Made by a program: the position numbers and the translations under genes. Below are positions 1 through 12,906 of a stretch of 64,000 bases of DNA, one piece after another; the first letter of the stretch is position 1, and the number at the start of each line of letters is the position of its first letter. Under the pieces are notes generated by a model that worked only from the letters and a program-made list of their open reading frames with translations, had not been told where the DNA came from and searched no databases. The stretch is taken from NCBI GenBank assembly GCA_946628065.1, contig CAMOWC010000002.1:68119-132118 (forward strand), written 5' to 3'. Source of the DNA: an uncultured Clostridiaceae bacterium. GTDB taxonomy: Bacteria > Bacillota > Clostridia > TANB77 > CAG-508.

Positions 1-148
1 AGCCGGGTTTTAGTTCTTTTCTGTTTCCAAAAGGCACAAGAACTCTAGTCCCAACTTTTATGTCCTTTTCAAAGTTTTTTGGGATTAAGTAGTCAAACGT
101 TTTATTAAGTGTTTTTACATTACTATCTATTATAACTTCTGCAATCAT
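1..148 (-). CDS. priA: primosomal protein N' (5' part, truncated by window edge)
   Basis: ATG at 148 gives MIAEVIIDSNVKTLNKTFDYLIP...VGTRVLVPFG, typical PriA N-terminus; lies downstream of gmk/rpoZ. Confidence 0.85.
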   Translation of the reverse strand, partial: MIAEVIIDSNVKTLNKTFDYLIPKNFEKDIKVGTRVLVPFGNRKELKPG

Positions 149-267
149 GATTGCTCCTTAAATTCTATATAATAAAGCCGGATGCCAGAGTTTAATAACC
201 AGTTAATATATTATTTATTCCTGGCTTTTTGTTTTCTGACTTCCAGCTTATATCTCAAATGCAAAAA

Positions 268-840
268 TCATTTCTTTTGTTGCATTTTATATTCATTTTC
301 AATAATAGTCATTATAATTTGTACGGTCTTTTCTAAATCATCATTTTTTAAAACATAATCATACAAAGAAATCTTTGATTCTTCATAATCGAATCTATTG
401 AGCCTCAGCTCAATCTCTTTAATGTCAGGCTTGTCTTCTCTTTTCTCTAGTCTCTTTCTTAGTTCTGCTTTTGGTACTCTTAAAAATATAGTAACTATTT
501 TCACGTCGTTTTTTAAAAGATTAATAAGTCCTTCAGTTCCATTTACATCGATATCTTTTACGATAATTTTTCCACTTTGTATTTTTTCATTTAAGAGCTT
601 TTTTGACGTACCATAGTAATGGTTATGGTGAACTGAATACTCGTATAACTCTCCTGCTTCTATCATTTCTTCAAACTCTTCAGCTGTAACAAAATTGTAA
701 GTCTCTCCAGCTACATCTGTTGCGCGTGGAGGCCTGTCTGTATATGAAGGTAGTGTTGTTACCTTATCCATTCTCTTTAGTAGTTCCCTTTTTATTGTGT
801 CTTTTCCTGCGCCAGCTACTCCTGATAATATTACTAACAT
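268..840 (-). CDS. gmk: guanylate kinase
   Basis: P-loop GVAGAGKDT, YTDRPPR, HNHYYGT, DIDVNG. Confidence 0.92.
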   Translation of the reverse strand: MLVILSGVAGAGKDTIKRELLKRMDKVTTLPSYTDRPPRATDVAGETYNFVTAEEFEEMIEAGELYEYSVHHNHYYGTSKKLLNEKIQSGKIIVKDIDVNGTEGLINLLKNDVKIVTIFLRVPKAELRKRLEKREDKPDIKEIELRLNRFDYEESKISLYDYVLKNDDLEKTVQIIMTIIENEYKMQQKK

Positions 841-1022
841 ATTTCTACCTTTCCTTCCGCTATTTCGTTTGTAGCTAATGTTACTGGTGAACTCTCTTCT
901 ACTTTTGTTAATGGTTCATCTCCATTTGCAATTTGTCTTGCTCTTTTTGATGTAGCAATTACTAGTTCATAGCGATTTTTACTATGTTCTAGAAGCTCTT
1001 TTACGGTTGGCTTAACCATCAT
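834..1022 (-). CDS. rpoZ: RNA polymerase omega subunit
   Basis: NRYELVIATSKRARQI motif. Confidence 0.92.
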   Translation of the reverse strand: MMVKPTVKELLEHSKNRYELVIATSKRARQIANGDEPLTKVEESSPVTLATNEIAEGKVEIC

Positions 1023-1058
1023 AATAAATCCCCTCCATTTAAATAATATAGTTTAAGA

Positions 1059-1325
1059 TTATTCTTCTACATAAATGTCCTTTTCATCTTTTTCAAATCG
1101 TCCAGCGACTGTTTCAGGTTGTACAGCAGATAAAATAACATGTCCTGAGTCCATAATTAAAACTGCCCTCGTTCTTCTTCCATATGTTGCATCTACCGCC
1201 ATTTTGTTGTCTTTAGCTTCTTGCACCATTCTTTTAATAGGTGCAGATTCTGGACTTACTATAGCTATTATTCTACTAGCCGAAACAATATTTCCAAAAC
1301 CAATATTAACTAATTGCATAATCAT
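1059..1325 (-). CDS. remA: DUF370 / RemA-family regulator
   Basis: [39 protein letters not shown]. Confidence 0.9.
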   Translation of the reverse strand: MIMQLVNIGFGNIVSASRIIAIVSPESAPIKRMVQEAKDNKMAVDATYGRRTRAVLIMDSGHVILSAVQPETVAGRFEKDEKDIYVEE

Positions 1326-1330
1326 CCTCC

Positions 1331-2206
1331 TTATTCAATATTTTGAATTTGCTCTCTGATGTCTTCTATAACTGTTTTTGTTTCTATGACCAAATTAGTA
1401 ATTTCTAATTTATTAGCTTTAGAACCAATAGTATTTGTTTCTCTATTCATTTCTTGAACTATGAAATCAAGTGTCTTTCCACATGGTCCATCTTTTTTTA
1501 ATGTGTTCTTAAATTGAGAAATATGACTTCCAAGTCTTGTAAGTTCTTCTTGTACAGAGCATTTATCTGAATATATTACAACTTCTTGAGCAAGTCTCGT
1601 TTGGTCCACAACGTCTGTTTTAAGTAATTCCTTGATTCTGGCTTCTAATTTTGCAATATATTCTTCTACAAGCCCAGATGATAATTCAGAGATGTTTTTT
1701 ATTTTTTCTTCGATTTGATTTACTCTTGATTCAAGATCCTTTGCTATAGATATTCCTTCTTGTTTTCTCATTTCAGTAAAATTATCTAATGCCTCATTTA
1801 ATGCATTTTCAAGTTCGCCCCAAAGTAATTCCTCATCTTCATTATTTTCTACTGTTAAAACTTCTGGAAGTCTTGTAATATCCATTACATTTATTGCATT
1901 TCGTAGTTCTGTTTCTGCTGCTAAATTTTGTATTTCAGCTAAATATTGTTTTGCAAGCTCCTTGTTAATATTTATGTTTATTCCTTTATCGCTTAAGTTT
2001 ACGAAAGATACAGATACATCTATTTTTCCTCTATTAATACGGTTTAATACTGCTTTTTTTATTTTTTCTTCTAAAAAGCTAAGGTTCCTTGGCAATCTAA
2101 TCGATACTTCTGAGTACTTATGGTTTACAGCCTTAATTTCTACAATATAATTTCTGCCGTCATTTTCGTATTTTCCACGTCCATACCCAGTCATGCTTTT
2201 TATCAT
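1331..2206 (-). CDS. yicC: YicC/YloC family endoribonuclease
   Basis: [11 protein letters not shown]-terminus; [18 protein letters not shown] and [10 protein letters not shown]-terminus. Confidence 0.92.
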   Translation of the reverse strand: MIKSMTGYGRGKYENDGRNYIVEIKAVNHKYSEVSIRLPRNLSFLEEKIKKAVLNRINRGKIDVSVSFVNLSDKGINININKELAKQYLAEIQNLAAETELRNAINVMDITRLPEVLTVENNEDEELLWGELENALNEALDNFTEMRKQEGISIAKDLESRVNQIEEKIKNISELSSGLVEEYIAKLEARIKELLKTDVVDQTRLAQEVVIYSDKCSVQEELTRLGSHISQFKNTLKKDGPCGKTLDFIVQEMNRETNTIGSKANKLEITNLVIETKTVIEDIREQIQNIE

Positions 2207-2208
2207 TT

Positions 2209-3219
2209 TTATTCCTCATTTCTTTTCTTTGTTTTTTTAGTTGTTGTTTTAGCCTGTGTTTTTGTTTGTTTTGCAGGTTTACTAGAGGCTTTAGAAGCAG
2301 TAGTTGTTTCCTTAACTGTCGATTTCTTTGCTGTTGTTTTGCTAGCTCTTTTAGTAGTTGTTTTAGCTGTAGTAGATTTTTTAGCTTTTACCTCTGTTTC
2401 TTTTACGCTAGTTTCTTCTTCTTCCTTTTTTATGCTTTTTGTTGTTCTTTTTGTTTTTGGTTTTTCTTCTTTATTTTCTGTTTTTTTATTCTTAGTTTTG
2501 TCTGATTCTGTTTTAGCATTTTTCCTTCGACTTGTTTTTTCTTTCTTTTCTGCCATGTCCTCTTTTTTCTCTTCAATTTTTTGCGTTTTGCTTGATGCTT
2601 TCTTTGTTTCTTCTTTCTTAACGTCTTTTGAAGTACGTGATTTATTATTTTTTACTTTTTCTTTTTCAAGTTTTTCTTCTTCTTTATCAATTTCTTTATC
2701 TTTGTCCATTTCTATTAAAACATCATCTTTATTGTTTGATTTTTCTTTCATAACAATATCTTTTATATCGCCACGTTTTTCTTTATTTGCCTTAATGCAA
2801 ATTCCAATTCCTTTTAAGCTATAATATATTCCAAAAGCAAGAGGCGTTAACATAAGTAATTTAGTAACTGTATCTCCAAAATTAAAGTATGTATATGGTA
2901 TGAAGTAAATAAATATACTTACGAATAGAAATTCTACACCATGTAAGCCTATATGTCCTTTTCCCTTTGAAAATGCTTCTTCAAATAAAATAATTGAGGT
3001 TCCAAGTACTACCATTGAGAAAATTGCTGTATCTTCAATGAATGTGCTTTTTTCCAATTTAAAATATCCCATATTTATTAATATGAAAAATAAAATTATT
3101 AAACAAGCAACTAAAAGATTTCTTATAACATTTCTATCTCTTCTATCTTTTACATCTTTTGGAAGCTTTTTTCTCTCTTTTGCTTCTTTTTCCATTTCTT
3201 TTGCCATTTCTTCTTTCAT
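2209..3219 (-). CDS. hypothetical membrane protein (about 4 TM) with long Lys/Thr/Glu-rich tail
   Basis: 336-aa ORF with RBS (AAGGAG); hydrophobic N-half, low-complexity basic C-half. Confidence 0.7.
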   Translation of the reverse strand: MKEEMAKEMEKEAKERKKLPKDVKDRRDRNVIRNLLVACLIILFFILINMGYFKLEKSTFIEDTAIFSMVVLGTSIILFEEAFSKGKGHIGLHGVEFLFVSIFIYFIPYTYFNFGDTVTKLLMLTPLAFGIYYSLKGIGICIKANKEKRGDIKDIVMKEKSNNKDDVLIEMDKDKEIDKEEEKLEKEKVKNNKSRTSKDVKKEETKKASSKTQKIEEKKEDMAEKKEKTSRRKNAKTESDKTKNKKTENKEEKPKTKRTTKSIKKEEEETSVKETEVKAKKSTTAKTTTKRASKTTAKKSTVKETTTASKASSKPAKQTKTQAKTTTKKTKKRNEE

Positions 3220-3234
3220 TTGAATGCACTCCTT

Positions 3235-3982
3235 TTATACTTCTTCTAATTCGTAAAGAATGTTACTTGCCATAACTATAGGTGCTGTTTCTGTCCTCAA
3301 AATTCTATTTCCTAATGAAACTGCAATTCCTCCTTGACCGTTTGATAGCTTCAACTTCTTGTCTTTCTAGTCCTCCCTCTGGTCCTATAATAATAGCAAC
3401 TTTTTTTATCTCTTGTTTCATATGTTTTTTTAGTACACTTTTTAACGAATTTTCTTTTTCGTCTTCATATGCAATTAATACTATATCACATTCTTTTAAT
3501 TTTTCATATATATTTTTCAAATTCTGTGCAAAATTTATTTTTGGAATTATGTCTCTTTTGGATTGTTTTGCAGCAGTTTCAGCGATTTTCTGCCATCTTT
3601 CCAATTTTTTCTTGCTTTCTTTTTCATCCAATTTTACTATACATCTAGACATAGCAACCGGAGTAAATTCTGAAACTCCAATTTCAGTGCACTTTTGAAT
3701 AATATTCTCCATCTTATCAGCCTTAGGTAATCCCTGAAAAACATGTAAATATACGTTTGGTTCAGTAGTTCCATCATTTTTATTTAGTATATCAAGTAGC
3801 ACATATTCTTTAGTAATGTTTCTTATCTCGCAATTATATGTATCTCCACTTATTTTATTTCCCACCAAAACTTTTTCACCTAGTTCTAACCTTAATACAT
3901 TTACAATATGATTTACATCTTCTCCAACAATGCTGGCTGTATTTTCCTGTATTTGTTCTGGATTAACAAAAAATTTCTGCAT
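3235..3982 (-). CDS. rsmE: 16S rRNA m3U1498 methyltransferase (+1 shift at CGGT 3340-3337)
   Basis: HIVNVLR, KCTEIG, AAKQSKR, IIGPEGG; conserved C-terminus SLGNRILRTETAP appears only in the +1 frame after AAA CGG. Confidence 0.9.
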
Positions 3983-4017
3983 ATAATTTCTCCTTTTTAC
4001 GCATACTAGTATATCAC

Positions 4018-4053
4018 AAAACCCAGCAAAAGTAAAAACTTTTGCTGGGTTTT
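4018..4053 (-). terminator. intrinsic terminator hairpin after the VWA gene
   Basis: AAAACCCAGCAAAAGT-aaaa-ACTTTTGCTGGGTTTT inverted repeat. Confidence 0.7.
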
Positions 4054-4083
4054 GCCAATATAATCATTCTTTTTTTTTTTATT

Positions 4084-5760
4084 TTATATTATGTGTCTAA
4101 ATTTTTTCTTTTTACTATAAATTATCGTACCAAGTATTGTGGCCATAGCAATTGGGCAAATTATATTCAAGTAGCTCTTTTTTCCTCTTGGCTCTTGTAT
4201 AGAAATTAATGGCGGTAATATTTTTCCAGCTATTTTTATTACTTCTCCGTCCTCATTTCTTTCAACGTCAATGCCTTCTTCTATAGTTTCACTTTCTATT
4301 GCATCTTTTGTAAAAAAAGTTTTATTTTTCGTTTTTATAATCATATCAGCAGGGTTATTTATATCTTCTACTTCTGATCCTATCGCTATTGGTTTTTGCA
4401 ATAATAATTTTACAACAATATTTTTGTAATTTTCATCTTCGTCTTTTTCCATTTTGGGCTTAAATGTACTTATCAAGTCGTCTCCATATTTTTTCCATCC
4501 GTATTGATTATTTACCTTTTCTGTTGAAATCATTCGTGCATTTTCATTATATCCCAAACTGTCCGAATTACCTTGTGAATCCTTATTTATTATGTGGTCA
4601 ATTATTGAAATTTTCTCTATTTCTTCTGTCGTTACAATATTGAAGCTATATTCTAGTTCAAGCATTCCTCCATTTAATAATTCATCATCAATTTCTGCAG
4701 CAAAAGTATTATTATCCCACATCTTTGCATTATATGCATACAATATTTCGGTTACCAGTGTATCCGTTTTTACGTGACTACTTGTTATGGTTTCAAAAAT
4801 ATCTTCTGTAAGAATTTTTTCTATATCTGCCTCTTCAATTTTCATTGTTGTATCAGAATTTTCAAAAGATTTTTCATGTCCTTCAAGTTCAGAGTCTCTA
4901 CCATTTATAAATAACGTAATAAAACTTCCATTAGTTGTATCTTTTATCATCTTTATTGTTTGGTTAACATATGGTTCATCATTCGGATCTGGAATGCCAT
5001 CTGTAATTAAAAAAGTGTATTTTGGACATTCTCTTGCATTATCATCTTTCCAAATTAAATCATGAGCTTTCTTTATAGCTTTAGCTGTTCCTGTACTTCC
5101 AAATGCACATTGTTTCTTTATTTCATCAAACATTTTTGTTGTATTCTCTTGGGTACATGGGCTTAGTTTAATTGGATCTGCCGGGGTAGTAGAATATGTT
5201 AAGATACTTACCCTTGCTTTATCACCATATTTTTCCTTTATTAAATTTATTAAGGCTTCCATGCCTTCTTTTAAAGCTCTAATTTTAGGCATATATCCTT
5301 TATTAACCATGATTTCTTCTATGTGTTTCTGTGTATATTGTGCCAAGTATCTTCTTATAATTCCTTCAGAGTATCCATATTCTTTCGTAAGTTCAGCATA
5401 TGCAGCTTTTTCTGCTTCTTCTTTTATCTGTAGTTGTAGAGTATGTAAAGACATATTGTTGCTATTGCCTATTGGTTCAATCATTGAACCTGAGCAGTCT
5501 AATATAAAACAAATATCAACATCTCCATTTGATACTTGTTCAGTCTCAATGCTTCCTATGTATGTTTTTGTATCTAATCCAGCTAACACATGTCCTTTTG
5601 ACGATTTAATTCGCATGCTGTCTAATTGCTGGTATACCATTATTTTATTATTATCAAATGATATTACTCTTCCAAAATTTTTTGCATATGAAATGCTACT
5701 GTTAAATAAAAAAAGAAATATGAAAATAAAAATTCCTAGTATAAGTCGTATTTTTTTCAT
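4084..5760 (-). CDS. secreted/membrane-anchored VWA-domain protein
   Basis: signal peptide; MIDAS DCSGS, TGTAKA, FLITDG; C-terminal TM plus basic tail. Confidence 0.8.
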   Translation of the reverse strand: MKKIRLILGIFIFIFLFLFNSSISYAKNFGRVISFDNNKIMVYQQLDSMRIKSSKGHVLAGLDTKTYIGSIETEQVSNGDVDICFILDCSGSMIEPIGNSNNMSLHTLQLQIKEEAEKAAYAELTKEYGYSEGIIRRYLAQYTQKHIEEIMVNKGYMPKIRALKEGMEALINLIKEKYGDKARVSILTYSTTPADPIKLSPCTQENTTKMFDEIKKQCAFGSTGTAKAIKKAHDLIWKDDNARECPKYTFLITDGIPDPNDEPYVNQTIKMIKDTTNGSFITLFINGRDSELEGHEKSFENSDTTMKIEEADIEKILTEDIFETITSSHVKTDTLVTEILYAYNAKMWDNNTFAAEIDDELLNGGMLELEYSFNIVTTEEIEKISIIDHIINKDSQGNSDSLGYNENARMISTEKVNNQYGWKKYGDDLISTFKPKMEKDEDENYKNIVVKLLLQKPIAIGSEVEDINNPADMIIKTKNKTFFTKDAIESETIEEGIDVERNEDGEVIKIAGKILPPLISIQEPRGKKSYLNIICPIAMATILGTIIYSKKKKFRHII

Positions 5761-5893
5761 ATTTGTTCTACCTCCTTTTTTATTTTTTATGCTTTTTAAA
5801 CTAATTGTTTAAGATTTTATTTTAAAATCTTAACGACAAAGAGTTAATTTCTATGTATTTACATATATTGTATATTTCTTTTAATTATTGTTA

Positions 5894-6576
5894 TTATTGC
5901 TTGTTTGTTGGCACATAAAGTGCTTGTCGTGTTGTTAATATGGCTCCTGTAGACGTTGGTGCTGTACCCACACTACCTGTGCTTGCATTCCAATATGTTC
6001 CTGCATTTGCAACAGTTTTTCCTTTTTTGCTCCCTCCATCAGCATTTAGTTCATACCTACTTACATAAAAACCACCATAAGTTGCTACACTTGCCGTCAA
6101 ATTAGTAAAGTCTTCACCCAAAGTAAGTAATGCCTCTTCTTCTGGATCATGGTTGGTTTCTAATAGTTTAGTGTCTCCGGCTTCTGACCAATATCCAGGA
6201 TTAGATAAATCTGTTTTATATATTACTAATCCACCTGTTATAGTTGTTTCATTTGGGTATATAGAAACACTAAATTACTTTGGTATTGGTGCTTTTTTTC
6301 AGCATCTATGCTAGGATATGCCATTGCTACAGCTTTATGGCTCCAGCCTTCTGGTAATTGAATTGCATATTCTTCAACATAATCAAGATAGCTTCTAAAT
6401 ATCGTATTCTCATTTTCAACTTTATGGTTCCATTTTTCTACTGCATCGTTACTACGCGAAAATAACCCTTCATTGTCTGTTCCAATTGTTACAGCTACTC
6501 ATGCTAATATGAGCAACACAATTACAGTAATTACTAAAGCTATAAGTGTAATCCCTTTTTTATTTTCACTTATCAT
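5894..6576 (-). pseudogene. decayed type IV pilin-like surface protein
   Basis: ATG 6576: MISENKKGITLIALVITVIVLLILA*VAVTIG (pilin-like N-terminus with TGA at the usual Gly); frameshift in an A7 run near 6295, second stop, then ...SVATYGGFYVSRYE. Confidence 0.7.
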
Positions 6577-6611
6577 GTTATTTAACTCTCCATTCTTCTT
6601 TTGTTTCATTT

Positions 6612-6640
6612 ATTATACATGTTATGTTCAGTGTTTTCAA
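6612..6640 (-). promoter_or_regulatory. sigma-A-like promoter of the pilin-like gene
   Basis: TTGAAA-17 nt-TATAAT on the minus strand. Confidence 0.55.
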
Positions 6641-6658
6641 TTATTTTAATATTACTTA

Positions 6659-6691
6659 TATATTACAAATATATTGCAAATATATTACAAA
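6659..6691 (-). promoter_or_regulatory. three 11-bp tandem repeats, WalR/OmpR-like operator
   Basis: TATATTACAAA TATATTGCAAA TATATTACAAA; minus strand reads TGTAAT-N5-TGCAAT-N5-TGTAAT. Confidence 0.45.
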
Positions 6692-6721
6692 AAAGAGGTA
6701 ACACTAAGTGTTATCTCTTTT
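6691..6721 (-). terminator. dnaJ operon terminator
   Basis: AAAAGAGGTAACAC-taa-GTGTTATCTCTTTT hairpin just after the dnaJ stop. Confidence 0.7.
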
Positions 6722-6736
6722 AACTTATAAATTAAT

Positions 6737-7900
6737 TTATCCAAATAGTCCACGTCTTTTTACTGGTGGTTGCTCATTCATCGTTTTTGCAAGCTCCATA
6801 AGGATTGCCCTTTGTTCTGATGTAAGTCTCTTTGGTGTCTGAACTACTACTGTAAATACAAAATCTCCCCTCCAGCTTCCATTTACATTTTTAAATCCTT
6901 TACTTCTTATTGTAAATTTTGTTCCTGTTTGGGTTCCTTCTGGAATTTTGTACTTCTCTTTTGTTCCATCTACTAATGGAATTTCTAGTTCAGCTCCTAA
7001 AGTTGCTTGTGTAAACGTAATTGGTATATCACATAGTACATGATCGCCTTTCCTTGTATATATACTATGGCGTTTTATGTGTACTATTATGTAGAGGTCT
7101 CCTTGAGGTCCTCCATTTGTTCCTGATTCGCCTTGTCCACGTAGTACTACAGTTTGCCCTTCATCAACACCCTCTGGAATCTTTACTGTAATTTTTACAT
7201 TTTTCTTTATTTTCCCTCTTCCGCGGCAATCTGGGCATGGTTCTTTTATTACTTTTCCTCTGCCCCCACAGTTACTACACGTTCTCGTTGTTTGCATTTG
7301 TCCTAACATTGTTGATACTGTTTGTGTCACCTGTCCTGTACCATGACATGCACTACATGTTTCTGGATTTGTTCCTGGTTTGCTTCCTTTTCCATGGCAA
7401 GTAGTACATTCTTCATTTCTGGAAATACTTATTTCCTTTTGAACTCCTAGGAAAGACTCCTCAAAAGTAATTTCTATATTTGTTTGAATATTGGCACCTT
7501 GCCTTGGTGCATTAGGGTTACGAGTGCTTCTTCCTCCTGCTCCTCCTCCAAAGAAAGATGAGAAAATATCTCCAAATCCTCCAAGGTCGCCAAAATCGAA
7601 GCCATTAAATCCTCCTGAGTAGGAATAATAGCCTCCACCAGGTTCCCCTGCTCCTCCTCCGAATCCTGAAGGTCCATTAAAGCCAAATTGATCATACATT
7701 TGACGTTTTTGCTTATCAGAAAGCACCTCATATGCCTCAGTTACTTCTTTAAATTTAGCTTCTGCTCCTGCTTTGTCATCTGGGTTCGCATCTGGATGAT
7801 ATTTCTTTGCAAGTTTTCTATATGCATGTTTTATCTCATCATCAGTAGCTGATTTGCTTACACCTAAAACCTCATAATAGTCTCTCTTATTCTCTGCCAT
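6737..7900 (-). CDS. dnaJ: chaperone DnaJ
   Basis: J-domain HPD, G/F region, four CxxCxGxG repeats. Confidence 0.97.
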   Translation of the reverse strand: MAENKRDYYEVLGVSKSATDDEIKHAYRKLAKKYHPDANPDDKAGAEAKFKEVTEAYEVLSDKQKRQMYDQFGFNGPSGFGGGAGEPGGGYYSYSGGFNGFDFGDLGGFGDIFSSFFGGGAGGRSTRNPNAPRQGANIQTNIEITFEESFLGVQKEISISRNEECTTCHGKGSKPGTNPETCSACHGTGQVTQTVSTMLGQMQTTRTCSNCGGRGKVIKEPCPDCRGRGKIKKNVKITVKIPEGVDEGQTVVLRGQGESGTNGGPQGDLYIIVHIKRHSIYTRKGDHVLCDIPITFTQATLGAELEIPLVDGTKEKYKIPEGTQTGTKFTIRSKGFKNVNGSWRGDFVFTVVVQTPKRLTSEQRAILMELAKTMNEQPPVKRRGLFG

Positions 7901-7922
7901 GTTTTGCCTCCAAAATTAATTC

Positions 7923-7991
7923 AAGAGTGAAACGTTTGGGTCTTCACCCTTAAAAGTGAAACGTTTAGAACCGTTCTAAACGTTTCACTCT
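7923..7991. repeat. REP-like palindrome/direct repeat between dnaK and dnaJ
   Basis: AGTGAAACGTTT twice plus palindrome AGTGAAACGTTTAGAAC-C-GTTCTAAACGTTTCACT; resembles the arm at 54559-54589. Confidence 0.65.
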
Positions 7992-7996
7992 TTCAT

Positions 7997-10428
<2,432 letters not shown>

Positions 10429-10440
10429 TTTTGTCCTCCT

Positions 10441-11463
10441 CTAAAACATTCCTTTTCCAAGTTGCTCATTTAACTTTTTGCTTATATATTTCATAACCGA
10501 AATTACTTTTGAATAGTCCATCCTTGTTGGTCCAATAATTCCAATTGTACCTAGATCTCTGTCTCCAATTGTATGTTTGAAAGTAACTATACTAAAATCT
10601 TTAAGTTCTGAATGTTCATTTTCATCGCCAATATATACATTTATATCTTCTGCCATTCCTGAATTTAAAATATCTAAAACTACATCCTTTTCATCAAGCA
10701 CATTTAAAAAATTTCTTGCTACATCTAATTTTTTAAATTCTGGAAAATCAAATACTTTATTTGTTCCTTCTAAATACAAGTTTGTATTTTCAACTATCGC
10801 ATGGTTTATCTGCTCAATTATAGGTCTTATAACATTAACTTCGCCTTTCATTTCCTTCATCATATATTGTTCGAATGGTTTATCAACTTTATCAAGTGGC
10901 ATTCCGCGGAGTTTGTTGTTAAATAAGAAACTTAAGTTATCTACTTGACTTTGAGTTATATCTTCATCAAATTTTATTATTGTTTCTTTAATTGCTCCTG
11001 CATCTGTAAGAATAACTGCCATTAAAACTCTGCTGCCAAGTAGAACAAATTTAATATCTACAATATTATGCATATCTGCTCTTGGGCCAACAGCTAAAGT
11101 TGTGTAATGAGTAATCTCTGATAACGTGTTTGTAGCAATTTTAGTTAAATCTTCGATTTCATTTACTTTAGTTTCTAGTTTAGATTTAATATACTGAATT
11201 TCTTCAAGACTAATATTGTCGTCTTTTAATAGTTCATCTACATAAAAGCGGTATCCTTTTGCTGAAGGTACACGTCCTGCTGATGTATGAGGCTTATCTA
11301 AATAGCCTATGTGTTCAAGTTCTGCCATATCATTTCGGATGGTTGCACTACTACATTCTAGTCCGTAATTTTGTAAAAGAGCGCCAGAGCTAACAGGCTC
11401 CGCTGTATTTATGTATTCTTCTATAATAGCCTGCAATATTCTTTTTTTTCGTTCGTCTAGCAT
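10441..11463 (-). CDS. hrcA: heat-inducible repressor HrcA
   Basis: SSATIRNDMAELE, PHTSAGRVPS, IIGPTRMDY. Confidence 0.96.
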   Translation of the reverse strand: MLDERKKRILQAIIEEYINTAEPVSSGALLQNYGLECSSATIRNDMAELEHIGYLDKPHTSAGRVPSAKGYRFYVDELLKDDNISLEEIQYIKSKLETKVNEIEDLTKIATNTLSEITHYTTLAVGPRADMHNIVDIKFVLLGSRVLMAVILTDAGAIKETIIKFDEDITQSQVDNLSFLFNNKLRGMPLDKVDKPFEQYMMKEMKGEVNVIRPIIEQINHAIVENTNLYLEGTNKVFDFPEFKKLDVARNFLNVLDEKDVVLDILNSGMAEDINVYIGDENEHSELKDFSIVTFKHTIGDRDLGTIGIIGPTRMDYSKVISVMKYISKKLNEQLGKGMF

Positions 11464-11479
11464 TTTTACCACCTCTTTG

Positions 11480-11506
11480 CTAGCACTTTAAGCTCGTGAG
11501 TGCTAA
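11480..11506 (-). promoter_or_regulatory. CIRCE element (HrcA operator)
   Basis: minus strand TTAGCACTC-N9-AAGTGCTAG versus consensus TTAGCACTC-N9-GAGTGCTAA; TTGACA at 11543-11538 upstream. Confidence 0.9.
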
Positions 11507-11690
11507 CATGGTATATATTATATCCATTTGTACCTTTTGTCAATACTTTTTTTGTGAATTTTATGTGTTTGTTTTTTATCTTTATTCTCTTACACTTTTC
11601 TAATTGATTAATTATTCAATGTCACAGATATTGACATATAAAAAAAATATAAATATAATAATTTCAAATAAAAATAAAGGAGGAATTTTA

Positions 11691-12365
11691 ATGAAAAAAT
11701 ATGTTGCTGAATTTATTGGTACTGCTGTTTTAGTATTATTTGGATGCGGTAGTGCTGCAATCGCTGGTGGAAGTTTGGGCACATTAGGTATTGCTTTAGC
11801 TTTTGGCCTTTCTATTGTTGCTATGGCATATGTTATTGGAAATATCTCTGGTTGCCATATTAACCCTGCGGTTTCTTTAGCAATGCTCATTAACAAGAAA
11901 ATGTCTGTAAAAGACTTTTGTTTCTATGTGGTTGCTCAAGTTTTAGGTGCAATTTTAGGTATTGCTCTTCTTTATGCTATTATTGCTAATTGTGGACTTA
12001 ATGTTACAGAAACTGGTTTAGGAGCAAACGGATTTGATAGTGCTTCAAGTGTTAATTTAAATATGTTTGGAGCTATATTAGTAGAAATAGTTCTTACATT
12101 TGTATTTATTTATACTATATTGGGTGTAACTTCAGATGATAAAAAAGGCGCAGTTGCTGGAATTGTTATAGGATTGACTCTTACATTTGTACATATTATG
12201 GGTATTCCTCTAACTGGTACATCTGTTAACCCAGCAAGAAGTTTGGCTCCAGCTATATTCCTAGGTGGTCAAGCTCTAGCACAAGTTTGGGTATTTGTTT
12301 TAGCACCATTTGTTGGTTCAGCATTAGCAGCAATTGTATTTAAATTTTTAAATAAAGAAAAATAA
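11691..12365 (+). CDS. MIP family channel (aquaporin Z-like)
   Basis: two NPA motifs (HINPAVS, SVNPARS); ATG at 11691 follows AAGGAGG. Confidence 0.92.
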   Translation: MKKYVAEFIGTAVLVLFGCGSAAIAGGSLGTLGIALAFGLSIVAMAYVIGNISGCHINPAVSLAMLINKKMSVKDFCFYVVAQVLGAILGIALLYAIIANCGLNVTETGLGANGFDSASSVNLNMFGAILVEIVLTFVFIYTILGVTSDDKKGAVAGIVIGLTLTFVHIMGIPLTGTSVNPARSLAPAIFLGGQALAQVWVFVLAPFVGSALAAIVFKFLNKEK

Positions 12366-12380
12366 AAATAATGAAAACTT

Positions 12381-12450
12381 GGCGGCAAAAAAGCCGCCTT
12401 TTTTATGCAAAAAAAATGGCGGGAGCAGAATTTTCATCCGCTCCCGTTTT
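12381..12450. terminator. two convergent terminator hairpins
   Basis: GGCGGC-aaaaaa-GCCGCC-T tract; CGGGAGC...GCTCCCG flanked by A/T tracts. Confidence 0.6.
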
Positions 12451-12458
12451 TCAAGGAT

Positions 12459-12836
12459 TTACGTCGCTTTCTTGATTCTGTACCGGAACATGCAGTTCCG
12501 AGGATCGTCCTCACACACTTCCAGTACACGTTCAATCGTGAGCATTCCTGTCAAGACCTCAATGATGAATTTCTCGACTCGCTCCTTCCTGAGATTCTGC
12601 ACCCCGTAGTGGGCACAAATTTCTTTCCGAAGGTCAATCTCTACGATTTTGCCATCTACCTCTTCGAAGAGGATTCTCGCTTCACAGGGTTTCACCATAT
12701 GGACATAGCTTGTCCCAGGGTTTCCCCGTTTATAGCCTTTCCTCTTGAGAACGATCACATCTTCGTCGGTGTACGCGCGGATGTCACTGCTCCTCACGTA
12801 TCTATACCCCATGATGTTCAACTTCACTGGTGCCAT
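12459..12836 (-). CDS. GC-rich orphan hypothetical protein with four in-frame CGG codons
   Basis: 125 aa, about 50% GC, AGGAG RBS, consensus promoter upstream and hairpin downstream. Confidence 0.65.
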   Translation of the reverse strand: MAPVKLNIMGYRYVRSSDIRAYTDEDVIVLKRKGYKRGNPGTSYVHMVKPCEARILFEEVDGKIVEIDLRKEICAHYGVQNLRKERVEKFIIEVLTGMLTIERVLEVCEDDPRNCMFRYRIKKAT

Positions 12837-12876
12837 CTCCTTCCGTCTCCTTGAATTTGTATTGGGATACTCTTAT

Positions 12877-12906
12877 ATTATACCATTCATGTCAGTATTA
12901 TGTCAA
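12877..12906 (-). promoter_or_regulatory. consensus sigma-A promoter
   Basis: TTGACA-18 nt-TATAAT with TG extended -10. Confidence 0.75.

Noticed and set aside
6499-6501. TGA at a Gly position suggesting UGA=Gly recoding
   Set aside because: TGA is the normal stop of gmk, spoIIIAA and others, and this gene has further lesions.
12405-12854. 149-aa plus-strand ORF
   Set aside because: Antisense to the minus-strand gene, which has the promoter, RBS and terminator.
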